This document shows positions 44,286-52,483 of a stretch of 52,483 nucleotides of DNA, piece by piece. The translations under genes and the position numbers were made by a program. Where the stretch lies: positions 1 through 52,483 of the forward strand of contig JAYZQJ010000058.1 of the NCBI GenBank assembly GCA_036149055.1, written 5' to 3'. The notes under the pieces are model-generated. The model was not told the DNA's origin, did no database searches, and saw only the letters and a list, made by a program, of their open reading frames with translations. Source of the DNA: Myxococcota bacterium. Its GTDB lineage: Bacteria; Myxococcota_A; Polyangia; Polyangiales; Sandaracinaceae. Position 1 is the stretch's first letter, and each line of letters starts with the position of its first letter.

Positions 44286-45095
44286 GTGCAGCTCCCGGAA
44301 GCGGCTCCGCTCTCCCTCTGGCCGTCGCGCCTCGCGGTGCAGACCCCGGGCGACGCGTCGGCGGGCCACGCACACCACACGATGCACCTCGTGCTCGCTC
44401 GGGAGGGCACGCTGACCCTGCGTGGTGACACGCTGCGTGGTGACACCGTGCGCGCTGAGACCGTGCCCGCTGACAGAGTCGCGGGGGCTCACGCCGGGGT
44501 GCTGACGCCGCCGGACGTGCCGCACGCGCTCGACGCGGAGGGTCAGATCGTCGTGCTGCTCTTCATCGATCCGGAGTCGCGGCCCGGCCGAAGGCTGCGG
44601 GCGGGCCTCGAGGGCATCCGGACGCTCTCGGCCGGCGAGCGCGACGCGCTGCTCGAGGGGCTCCCGGCGCGGCCCACCTCGAGCGAGCTCGACGCCTGGG
44701 CCCGCCGCACCCTCGATCGGCTCGCGGGCGAGGAGGCGCCGGCGCCGATGCACCCGAAGGTGCGCGCGCTGCTCGAGGCGCTGCGCGAGCTGCCCCCGGA
44801 CGCCGACACCTCCCTGGAGGCGCTCGCGGCCCGGGTCTCGCTCTCGCCGTCACGGCTGATGCATGCGTTCACCGAGTCGGTGGGGATCCCGCTCCGGCCG
44901 TACCTGCGCTGGCTGCGGGTGCAGCGGGCGGCGACCGCCATCGTGACCGGCACGCCGCTCTCGCTCGCGGCGGCGGAGGCTGGCTTCAGCGACGCCGCGC
45001 ACATGAGCCGCACCTTCAAGCAGATGTTCGGCATGACGCCGTCGGCGCTGCAGCGGCGGGCCGAGATCGACAGCCAGTCCGTTCAAGCGCGCTGA
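44286..45095 (+). CDS. AraC-family transcriptional regulator
   Basis: LSPSRLMHAFTESVG and AAAEAGFSDAAHMSRTFKQMFGMTPS. Confidence 0.92.
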   Translation: MQLPEAAPLSLWPSRLAVQTPGDASAGHAHHTMHLVLAREGTLTLRGDTLRGDTVRAETVPADRVAGAHAGVLTPPDVPHALDAEGQIVVLLFIDPESRPGRRLRAGLEGIRTLSAGERDALLEGLPARPTSSELDAWARRTLDRLAGEEAPAPMHPKVRALLEALRELPPDADTSLEALAARVSLSPSRLMHAFTESVGIPLRPYLRWLRVQRAATAIVTGTPLSLAAAEAGFSDAAHMSRTFKQMFGMTPSALQRRAEIDSQSVQAR

Positions 45096-45119
45096 GCGGC
45101 CGCCGCCCAGGATGAGGGC

Positions 45120-45485
45120 ATGGCGACCGACACCTTCCTCTCGCGGCACCTCGAGGGCTACCCGCTCGTGCACGCCAGCCGGGCCAACCTCGCGCTGCAC
45201 GTGCTCACCGTGCCGCTCTTCCAGCTGGGCACGCTCGCGCCGCTGGTCGCGCTGCTGACCGGGGCGCCGTGGCTCGCGCTCGGGGCGCTGGCGATGCCGC
45301 TCGCGATGGCAGCGCAGGCGCGGGGTCACGCGCTGGAGGCGCGCTCGCCGGAGCCGTTCACCGGTCCGCTGAACGTGGTCGGGCGCATCTTCGCCGAGCA
45401 GTGGATCACCTTCCCGCGGTTCGTGCTCTCGGGCGGGCTCGCGCGGGCCTGGCGGCGCGACGATGTCACTCCGGTCGCACGGTGA
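45120..45485 (+). CDS. Small membrane protein, Mpo1/DUF962-like
   Basis: YPLVHASRANLALH, QARGHALE and RIFAEQWITFPRFVLSG. Confidence 0.65.
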   Translation: MATDTFLSRHLEGYPLVHASRANLALHVLTVPLFQLGTLAPLVALLTGAPWLALGALAMPLAMAAQARGHALEARSPEPFTGPLNVVGRIFAEQWITFPRFVLSGGLARAWRRDDVTPVAR

Positions 45486-46365
45486 TGCGCACCCCGGCGT
45501 CGGCGACGTCCTCGCGGGCGAAGCGGATCTCGTAGACGCCGGGCGCCTCGAGCAGCGACTCGATCGAGCGCTCGGTGGAGACGGTCTCCTGAGGGTTCAG
45601 GCTCGCCCAGCCGGGCTCCTGGATGCCGTTGGAGAAGGCGAGCGCGAGGCCGGGCGCGGGCTCTCCGTTGACCGTCCAGGTGCCCGCCGCGAGCTCGGGC
45701 CGGGCGGCCGCGGTGCCGTCGTTGCGCGCGGACAGGCGGAGCCGGGTCTCGGCGCGCTCGCCCATCGTCGGGCGCGGGCGCGTCGCCTCGAGCCACCAGG
45801 AGACGCCGCGGTCCTCGGGCGCGTTGGCGGTCACGATCACCCGGGTCTCGGCCCGCGCGCTCCCGTGCTCGTAGGTGAGCACGTAGGCGCCGGGCTCGGG
45901 GAAGAGGGTCTCGCCGATCTCGCGGATGAGGGTGCCGCTGTCGCCCGGCTCCACGTCCTCCCACTCGCCGCCGCGAGGCCCGGAGGTGAGCGCCTCCACC
46001 AGCGCGGGGTCGCGGCGGCCGTTGACGAAGAACTGCTCGGAGAGGGGAAGCTCGTCCAGCTCGGCGCCGCTGCGGTTGGCGAGGGTGAGCTGGAGACGGA
46101 AGTGCGGGCGGTCGTTGAGGATGAGGACCTCGGGGCGCGCCAGCAGCCGGGCCTCGACGTCGGCGCCCGCCTCCCAGCGCGGAACGAGCCCGTCGCGCTC
46201 GATCTCCTCGGGCGTCTGGGTGGAGACCGGCAGCTCTTCCTCCGCCTCGGCCGGGGCCGCCGCCTCGGGCTCGGGCTCGGCGGGCGCCTCCGCCGGGGCT
46301 GAAGACGCGGGCGTCTCCTCGCCGCAGGACGCGAGCAACAGGACGGTCACGAGCAGCCAGCGCAT
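45466..46365 (-). CDS. Lipoprotein with two tandem Ig-like domains
   Basis: Lipobox LLASC and two similar ~100-aa halves (VNG...W..(V/L).P....PG.Y). Confidence 0.65.
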   Translation of the reverse strand: MRWLLVTVLLLASCGEETPASSAPAEAPAEPEPEAAAPAEAEEELPVSTQTPEEIERDGLVPRWEAGADVEARLLARPEVLILNDRPHFRLQLTLANRSGAELDELPLSEQFFVNGRRDPALVEALTSGPRGGEWEDVEPGDSGTLIREIGETLFPEPGAYVLTYEHGSARAETRVIVTANAPEDRGVSWWLEATRPRPTMGERAETRLRLSARNDGTAAARPELAAGTWTVNGEPAPGLALAFSNGIQEPGWASLNPQETVSTERSIESLLEAPGVYEIRFAREDVADAGVRITVRPE

Positions 46366-46382
46366 GCGCCGACTCTACCCGA

Positions 46383-47078
46383 TCAGTCGTCTTCGGAGAG
46401 GGCGCGGAGCCGGCGCTGCAGCTGGGCCTGCGCGGCGGCGTTGTCGGGCAGGGTCGGCTTGGATCCGCGGCGCCTGCGGTGGGCGCGCGGGGCGGCCGGG
46501 GCGGTGGAGCCGTCGTGGGCGTGCACCCGGTCGCGGATGGCGCGCTCGAGGCTCGAGAAGTCGACGACCCGGTGGGTTCGCAGGACGTCGTGCGCGATCC
46601 ACATCAGGTGCGCGCAGGCGTGCGGCGTGATCGAGGGCGCGGCGAGGCGGGGCAACGCGACCGAGCGGATCGCGCCCGGGTCGACGCCGTTGCGGAGATC
46701 CACCGTGAGCAGCGCGGCGCCGGTGGCCCGGGCGACCGCCTCCCCGTCGGTGGGGTCGGCGAGGCCGGTGGCGATGAGGAAGCGGGGCGCGGTCTTGCCG
46801 GTGTCGAAGCAGAGGGCGCGGCCGTGCGGGATCGCGCCGCCCTGGGCGCGCACCGCCTCGGTCAGCGCCTTGGGCACGCTCGGCCCGAGGAACGTGGCCA
46901 CCGTGCGGGCCACGCCGCCGTCCATCGCGCCGTTGGGCGGGACCGGCACGACCCAGGCGTCGGTCCGCGCGTCGAGCATCGAGGCGCCGGTCACCTCGAC
47001 GTCGGGGTGGTCGAACCGGCTCCGCCACGCGTCGGCCATCGCGCTGCTGGCGTCGGCGAGCTGGATGCGGATCCCCAT
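46383..47078 (-). CDS. Macro-domain (Appr-1-p processing) protein, divergent
   Basis: TDAWVVPVPPNGAMDGGVA, APRFLIA and IRSVALP. ATG at 47078. Confidence 0.7.
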   Translation of the reverse strand: MGIRIQLADASSAMADAWRSRFDHPDVEVTGASMLDARTDAWVVPVPPNGAMDGGVARTVATFLGPSVPKALTEAVRAQGGAIPHGRALCFDTGKTAPRFLIATGLADPTDGEAVARATGAALLTVDLRNGVDPGAIRSVALPRLAAPSITPHACAHLMWIAHDVLRTHRVVDFSSLERAIRDRVHAHDGSTAPAAPRAHRRRRGSKPTLPDNAAAQAQLQRRLRALSEDD

Positions 47079-47170
47079 GCGGTCATTGAACCAGGCTGCA
47101 CCCGAATTGAACAGCCGCGGGCCGCCGTTTCCCCCGGGATCCCCCGACGACGGCGCCGCGGCACCCCTTC

Positions 47171-48568
47171 CTACGGCGCGTGCTCCACGGACCTTCCCGA
47201 GAAAGCGCGCTTCGTCGGGCGCGGCTTCACCCACATGCGCATCCCGTGCTTCGGGCGCAGGGTCACCGCCGGGTCCAGGGCGACGCGGTGGCCGGGGACG
47301 AGCGCGAGGTGATGGCGCTGCCGCAGGGTGGCGAGCACGAGCTTGGCCTCCATCATCGCCATGCCGAGCCCGATGCACTGGCGCGGCCCGGCGCCGAAGG
47401 GCAGGTACGCAAAGCGGTTGCGCCCCTTGGCGCGCGCGGGGAGCCAGCGGTCGGGATCGAAGCCCTCGGGGTTGTCCCAGTGATCGGGGTGCCGGTGGAG
47501 CGCGTAGGGCGCGATGCCGAGGGTCGATCCGGCGGGGATGCGCCAGCCGCAGAGCTCGTCCTCCTCCAGGCTGTCGCGCTCGAACGCCCACGCCGGCGGG
47601 TAGAGCCGGAGCGACTCGCGCACGACGCGCTCGGTGAGCTCGAGCTTCGGGAGGTCCTCGGCGGTCGGCAGGCGCCCGCCCAGCACCGCGTCGAGCTCGG
47701 CCTCGAGGGCCCGGTCGGTCTCCGGGTGCCGCGAGAGCAGGTACCAGGTCCAGCTGAGCAGGTTCGCGGTGGTCTCGTGGCCGGCCATCACCAGGGTGAT
47801 CACCTCGTCGCGGAGCTGCTGCTCGCTCATGCGCCCGTCCTCGTCGGTCGCGCTCATCAGCAGCCCGAGCAGATCCTCGCGCTCGTCGCCCGCGCGGCGG
47901 CGGGTCTCGACGATGTCGCGCACCAGGCGGTCGAGGGACGCCTTGGCCCGCCGGAACTCGAAGTTGCGCGGGAGCGGCACCCAGGTCGGCAGCCGCAGCA
48001 GGCTCTCCGCCCAGTCGTTGGCGAAGTGGATGAGCACCGAGACGGTCGGGCCGATGTGGTCCGCCTCGCGCTCCAGGTCCTCGTCGAAGAGCGTCTTGCC
48101 GACGATGCGAAACGTCAGCTTCATCATCTCGTCGTGCACGTCGAGGGCCTCGCCGCCGCGGGCATCCCAGGCGTCGGCCATGTCGACGGCGTAGCGCGCG
48201 ATCGGCGGGGCGAAGGCCTCGATGCGCCGCTTCATGAACGCGGGCTGGGCGAGCTTGCGCTGCCGCCTCCAGAGCTCGCCGTCGCTGGTCACCAGGCCCT
48301 CGCCGAGCACCAGCTTCAGGCCCTCGTAGTTGCGGCTCTTCACGTAGGCGCGGTTGTTGTCGATGAGGACCCGCTTCACCGCGTCGACGTCGTTGACGAG
48401 GTAGTAGGGGAAGGGCCCGAAGGTGAAGCGCACCAGGTCGCCGTGGTCGCGCGAGGCCTCGAGCAGGTTCGTCAGGGGATCCTTCCAGAGCAGGTGCGCG
48501 TGCCCGATGACCGGGTAGCCCTTCGGACCGGGGGGCCGGTCTCCGCCTCGTCGCCAGATGCGCGTCAT
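47171..48568 (-). CDS. Cytochrome P450
   Basis: AGHETT, ESLR, PDRW and heme motif FGAGPRQCIG. Confidence 0.96.
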   Translation of the reverse strand: MTRIWRRGGDRPPGPKGYPVIGHAHLLWKDPLTNLLEASRDHGDLVRFTFGPFPYYLVNDVDAVKRVLIDNNRAYVKSRNYEGLKLVLGEGLVTSDGELWRRQRKLAQPAFMKRRIEAFAPPIARYAVDMADAWDARGGEALDVHDEMMKLTFRIVGKTLFDEDLEREADHIGPTVSVLIHFANDWAESLLRLPTWVPLPRNFEFRRAKASLDRLVRDIVETRRRAGDEREDLLGLLMSATDEDGRMSEQQLRDEVITLVMAGHETTANLLSWTWYLLSRHPETDRALEAELDAVLGGRLPTAEDLPKLELTERVVRESLRLYPPAWAFERDSLEEDELCGWRIPAGSTLGIAPYALHRHPDHWDNPEGFDPDRWLPARAKGRNRFAYLPFGAGPRQCIGLGMAMMEAKLVLATLRQRHHLALVPGHRVALDPAVTLRPKHGMRMWVKPRPTKRAFSGRSVEHAP

Positions 48569-48587
48569 GTCTTCCCCTCCCAGGCAT

Positions 48588-48642
48588 AACGTGAGGACCG
48601 CCTCACGTTTATGGTGCTAGAATGTGAGGCCCGCCTCGGGTT
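48588..48642. promoter_or_regulatory. Two TetR-type operators
   Basis: AACGTGAGG-ACCG-CCTCACGTT (48588-48609, perfect) and AATGTGAGG-CCCG-CCTCGGGTT (48621-48642), between the divergent P450 and TetR genes. Confidence 0.75.
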
Positions 48643-48655
48643 AGTCAAGGCAGTC

Positions 48656-49282
48656 ATGACCACGCGGCTCAGGAAACGTCCGGTCCAGGCCCGGAGCCGG
48701 AAGCGCTTCGAGGCGATCCTCGACGCGGCCGCCGAGCAGTTCGCGCTCCACGGGCTCGACAAGACGACCATGGACGCCATCGCCGCGGCGGCCGGCACCT
48801 CGATCGGCAGCGTCTACCAGTACTTCCCGGACAAGGACGCGGTGTTCCTCGCCCTCGCCGAGCGGGTGCTCGAGCGGAGCCGGGAGCTCTTCGACGCGCT
48901 GATCCCGGCGATGGAGGCCGCGCGCCCGCCCTGGGAGACCCTGCTCGACCGGGTCATCGAGGGCTTCGCGCTGATCACCCGGGACGCCTCGGTGCGCGCG
49001 GTGTGGCGGAACCTGCAGCTCCACGGCGAGGTGGCGGAGGCGGACGCGGCGCTGCACGAGGAGCTGATCGTGCGGACGACCGAGATCCTCACCTGGTACG
49101 CGCCGGCGGCGAGCCCGGAGGCGCGCCGGGCGGTGGCCACGATGACGGTGGACGTGGTCGGCGCGGTGCTCTTCATCGGCATCCTCCGGGACGACGAGCG
49201 CACGCCGCGGATGCGTGAGGAGCTGCGCCTGCTGCTGCAGCGATACCTCGAGCCGTGGATCGCGGAGCACCAGAGCCGGTAG
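48656..49282 (+). CDS. TetR/AcrR-family regulator
   Basis: PVQARS...ILDAA...TTMDAIAAAAGTSIGSVYQYFPDK. ATG at 48656. Confidence 0.93.
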   Translation: MTTRLRKRPVQARSRKRFEAILDAAAEQFALHGLDKTTMDAIAAAAGTSIGSVYQYFPDKDAVFLALAERVLERSRELFDALIPAMEAARPPWETLLDRVIEGFALITRDASVRAVWRNLQLHGEVAEADAALHEELIVRTTEILTWYAPAASPEARRAVATMTVDVVGAVLFIGILRDDERTPRMREELRLLLQRYLEPWIAEHQSR

Positions 49283-49292
49283 GGTTTGGGGG

Positions 49293-50228
49293 GTGAGCTT
49301 CGACCTCGAGGTGGACGCGGCCGAGGACGGGACGCGCCTCGACGTGCTGCTGGTGCGGCGGGTCGACGGCATGAGCCGGGCGAAGGCGCGCCGCATGATC
49401 CAGGACGGGCTGGTCAAGCTGAACGACCGGCGGGCCAAGAAGGGCGCGCGGGTGAGCCAGGGGGACACCGTCGCGCTCGAGGAGCTGCCGCGGCCGACCG
49501 ACTTCGTGGCGCAGGCGGCCCCGGAGGTCCCCCTCGAGGTCGTGCACGAGGACCGGCACCTCGTGGTGGTGAACAAGCCGGCGGGCATGCCGACCCACCC
49601 GCTCCGGCCGCACGAGCGGCAGACCCTCGCCAACGCGCTGATCGCCCGCTACCCGGAGATGGAGCGGGTCGGCTACGCGCTGCGCGAGCCCGGCATCCTG
49701 CACCGCCTCGACAACGACACCTCCGGGCTGCTGGTCGCCGCGCGCAGTCAGGCCGCGTTCGAGCGGCTCCGCGAGATGCTGAGCGAGGGCGCCATCGAGA
49801 AGGCCTACGAGGCGCTGGTCGACGGCTACGTGCAGGCGCCGATGGAGATCGACCACCCGATCGCGCCTCACCCGAGCGATCCGCGGCGGGTGCACGTCTG
49901 CATGGACCACGCGGACCGGCGGCTCCCGGCGGCGCGGCCGGCCCGGACCGAGCTGGCGCGGGCCGAGCGCGTGGGATCGGCGACCCTGGTGGACGTGCAC
50001 GCGCCGGTGGCCGTGCGCCATCAGATCCGCGCGCACCTCGCGGCGGTCGGCCATCCGCTGGTCGGGGACTGGCTCTACGGCGGCTCGGGGATAGACCAGC
50101 TGGGGAGGCACTTCCTCCACGCCTCGCGGATCGCGCTCGCGCATCCCTTCGGCGGCGCGCGACTCGAGGTGACGGCGGACCTGCCCGACGACCTGAGAGA
50201 GGCGCTCGCGTGGAAGAAGCAGCACTGA
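49293..50228 (+). CDS. RluA/RluD-family pseudouridine synthase with S4 domain
   Basis: RLDVLL...SRAKA, VNKPAG, HRLDNDTSGLL, RHQIRAHL and FLHA. GTG at 49293. Confidence 0.92.
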   Translation: MSFDLEVDAAEDGTRLDVLLVRRVDGMSRAKARRMIQDGLVKLNDRRAKKGARVSQGDTVALEELPRPTDFVAQAAPEVPLEVVHEDRHLVVVNKPAGMPTHPLRPHERQTLANALIARYPEMERVGYALREPGILHRLDNDTSGLLVAARSQAAFERLREMLSEGAIEKAYEALVDGYVQAPMEIDHPIAPHPSDPRRVHVCMDHADRRLPAARPARTELARAERVGSATLVDVHAPVAVRHQIRAHLAAVGHPLVGDWLYGGSGIDQLGRHFLHASRIALAHPFGGARLEVTADLPDDLREALAWKKQH

Positions 50229-50863
50229 ACGAGCCGCGGGCGCGAATGGTCCGCTCCCAGCTGGCGGCCCGGGGCATCCTGGACCGGCGGGTGCTCGAGG
50301 CGATGGGGCGGGTGCCGCGGGAGGACTTCGTGCCCGCGGGTCGCCGCGCCGCCGCCTACGAGGATCGGGCGCTGCCGCTCGAGGAGGGGCAGACGATCTC
50401 GCAGCCCTACATGGTCGCGCGCACCCTCGAGCTGGCCCGGGTCTCGCCTGGCGGCCGGGCCCTCGACGTGGGCACGGGCTCCGGATACCAGGCCGCGCTC
50501 CTGGGCGAGCTGGCCGGCGAGGTCGTCACCATCGAGCGCATCCCGGCGCTGGCCGCGCACGCGCGCGTCACCCTCGAGCGCCTCGGCTACACGAACGTCG
50601 AGGTCATCGTCGGCGACGGCTCCCTCGGCTGGTCCGACCGCGCCCCCTACGACGCCATCGTCGGCGCCGCCGCGGCCCCCCGCGCCCCCGAGGCGCTGAA
50701 GCGGCAGCTCGCGATCGGCGGCCGCCTCGTCTTCCCCATCGGCTCCCGGACCATGCAGCGCCTCACCGTGATCGAGCGCACCTCGGAGGACACCTACTGC
50801 TCCGAGGAGCACGAGGGCTGCGTCTACGTCCCCCTCCTCGGCGCCGAGGGTTGGAGCTCCTGA
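50210..50863 (+). CDS. pcm: Protein-L-isoaspartate O-methyltransferase
   Basis: VPREDF, QTISQPYMVA, DVGTGSGYQAA and GDGSLGW. Start is GTG 50210 or ATG 50246. Confidence 0.93.
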   Translation: MEEAALNEPRARMVRSQLAARGILDRRVLEAMGRVPREDFVPAGRRAAAYEDRALPLEEGQTISQPYMVARTLELARVSPGGRALDVGTGSGYQAALLGELAGEVVTIERIPALAAHARVTLERLGYTNVEVIVGDGSLGWSDRAPYDAIVGAAAAPRAPEALKRQLAIGGRLVFPIGSRTMQRLTVIERTSEDTYCSEEHEGCVYVPLLGAEGWSS

Positions 50864-50868
50864 TGCTA

Positions 50869-50939
50869 GGGGACGGAGTCAACTTGTGAACTTACGTAGG
50901 GGTTCTGACTACGTAGGTTGACAAGTTCACTCCGTCCCC
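50869..50939. repeat. REPIN-like hairpin between convergent genes (possible terminator role)
   Basis: 31-bp stem with 3 mismatches, GGGGACGGAGT...TACGTAG / CTACGTA...ACTCCGTCCCC, and a 9-nt loop. Confidence 0.85.
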
Positions 50940-50944
50940 CCGTC

Positions 50945-52075
50945 CTAGAACGGAGCTCTCAGCCCGGCCTGGGCGAGGATGGCGTCGCCGAAGGTGCTGG
51001 TCTGGTGCCAGTAGTTGAACGAGAGGTCGACCCAGGCGCGCTCGAGGAACGAGAGCGGGGTGCGGCCTAGGAAATCGAGGCCCACCCGGAGCTGCACGCC
51101 GAAGAGGTGGGAGAAGAAGTTGCTCATCTTCGGGTCCGCGGTGACGAAGTCCTCGGTCCCCGTGTACTCGGTGCGGAAGAAGAAGGAGTCGACCTGGTCG
51201 TGGTAGCGGTAGCGCAGCCGCACGAGCACGCTGTCGCCGAGCAGCTGGTAGATCCGCACCTCGGGGTTGAGCGCCGAGACGTCCCAGTCGTCGATGTACG
51301 CGCGGTACATCAGATGGACGGCGGTGCGGGTCTCCGGGAAGAAGTGCGCGAGCCGGCCCCAGAGGGTGTGCCGGGTGCGCTGGTCGGGGTGCTCCTCCGG
51401 GACCAGGCCGCCGCTGACCCGCGCGCGCCGGTAGGGGTTCTGCAGGTAGCCCCAGTTGTGCACGAGCTGGTAACCCGCCACGAAGGTGGTCACGGGGGAG
51501 AGCACCTGGTTGAGGGACAGCGAGGCGGTGACGCCCTCGAGCTGTCCCTGCCGTCCGCGGTCGCTGAGGTCGCGGCCCATGTCGTCGGTGCGGGGCATGC
51601 CGCCGCGGAGCACGGATCCGACGTTGTCGTGGATGTAGGTGAAGGCGCCGCTGATCACCGTCGAGCGCTGGTTGAGCGAGAGCGTCGAGAAGGTGGTGAG
51701 GCGCGAGGCGAAGTAGTCGGGCTCGTGGCTCAGGCCGCCGAGCACGCCGAGCCGGAGCTGCATCTCGCCGAGGTCGAATTCGCGGCTGGCTCCGAGTGAG
51801 CCCTGGTTGCGCACCTCGGTGAAGCGGATGTCCTCCTGCACGCCGGCGGCGATGCTCGCGCTGGTGATCGCGTCGATGAGGTAGCCGCCGTCGATCTGCA
51901 CGCCGTCCGGGGTGACGAGGCGCGCGCGGACCTCGGGAGCCACCACGCGGGTGGAGGTCTCCCAGTAGTAGTTCGCGCGGAGCTCGACCGAGCCGGTCCA
52001 GGTGCCCGACGCCTCGTCGGCGGCGGCGGGCGCGGCGGCGAGCGTCGCGATCAGGGCTGCGAGGAGAGCGCGCAT
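50945..52075 (-). CDS. DUF3570-family outer-membrane protein
   Basis: Signal peptide, IDAITSAS, SHEPDY, GYLQNPYR, YRAYIDDW and C-terminal F. Adjacent to a DUF4266 gene. Confidence 0.8.
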   Translation of the reverse strand: MRALLAALIATLAAAPAAADEASGTWTGSVELRANYYWETSTRVVAPEVRARLVTPDGVQIDGGYLIDAITSASIAAGVQEDIRFTEVRNQGSLGASREFDLGEMQLRLGVLGGLSHEPDYFASRLTTFSTLSLNQRSTVISGAFTYIHDNVGSVLRGGMPRTDDMGRDLSDRGRQGQLEGVTASLSLNQVLSPVTTFVAGYQLVHNWGYLQNPYRRARVSGGLVPEEHPDQRTRHTLWGRLAHFFPETRTAVHLMYRAYIDDWDVSALNPEVRIYQLLGDSVLVRLRYRYHDQVDSFFFRTEYTGTEDFVTADPKMSNFFSHLFGVQLRVGLDFLGRTPLSFLERAWVDLSFNYWHQTSTFGDAILAQAGLRAPF

Positions 52076-52284
52076 CAGTTGCAGCCGCAGCCGCCGCCGG
52101 TGGAGCCGGTGCCGCCGGTCGCGCCCTCGCGCGAGTCGAAGACGTGGGCCTGGAACTCGCCTTCGCCCTCCTCGAGCTCGACGTTCATCGCCGGGTTCGC
52201 GAGGTATTCGCGCTCGTACGGCGCGACGCTGACGCAGCCGCCGAGGAGCGCTGCGGAGAGGCAGAGGAGCGAGACCACACGCAT
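52075..52284 (-). CDS. DUF4266-family lipoprotein
   Basis: Lipobox LGGC, VAPYEREYLA, SREG and terminal GGGCGCN. Confidence 0.88.
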   Translation of the reverse strand: MRVVSLLCLSAALLGGCVSVAPYEREYLANPAMNVELEEGEGEFQAHVFDSREGATGGTGSTGGGCGCN

Positions 52285-52359
52285 GACGCGCGGAGCCTAG
52301 CTCGGATCGAGAGGCGGCTCACCCCGCGAGGACGAGCACACGCGCGGATCGGGCGGCTA

Positions 52360-52483
52360 GCAGCCCGCGGCGAAAATGACTGCGCGCGCCTCGCCGGCGG
52401 GACGCCGCGCCCAGCGCGCCAGTCGCTCCTCCGAAATGCTGAAGCATTTCGTCGTCGGCCCGCCGCGCTGGACGCGACGTCGC
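52360..52483. mobile_element. MITE-like palindromic element, copy 2, truncated by the window end
   Basis: Matches 9717-9840 with about 4 substitutions. Both copies begin within CTAG. Confidence 0.8.

Noticed and set aside
44415..44459. 15-bp tandem repeat in the AraC gene (TLRGD TLRGD TVRAE)
   Set aside because: Real but minor: an in-frame slippage with no sign of phase variation.

Overview
This is a high-GC window of a bacterial chromosome. Gene content suggests Myxococcota, probably Polyangia/Sandaracinaceae-like; that is an inference from the Ser/Thr kinase, FHA-GGDEF protein, TPR and Cys-rich lipoproteins, and orphan T3SS-type ATPase. Main contents: (1) a probable replication origin directly upstream of dnaN-recF, with no dnaA or gyrB in the window; (2) a carotenoid locus joining crtI-crtB to the actinobacterial-type aromatic-carotenoid genes crtT-crtU and crtV, with a lycopene cyclase about 14 kb beyond crtV, predicting isorenieratene-type aryl carotenoids; (3) a menaquinone operon (prenyl synthase-menG-F-D-H-A-C-E) lacking menB, preceded by an orphan FliI/SctN ATPase that overlaps the lycopene cyclase; (4) dnaJ; (5) a 951-aa protein joining a phosphatase-like domain without its catalytic motif, about 370 aa of AGSA and E(T/S) repeats, and an ADP-ribosylglycohydrolase; (6) a divergent P450/TetR pair with two visible operators, plus rluA, pcm and DUF3570/DUF4266 genes. 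At least three families of non-coding repeats occur: a ~170-bp tandem unit, a ~163-bp palindromic MITE-like element and GGGGACGG REP/REPIN-like hairpins. Both window ends fall in or at repeats. I recognised no rRNA, tRNA, CRISPR array or transposase. All calls come from motif recognition by eye; no database searches were run.
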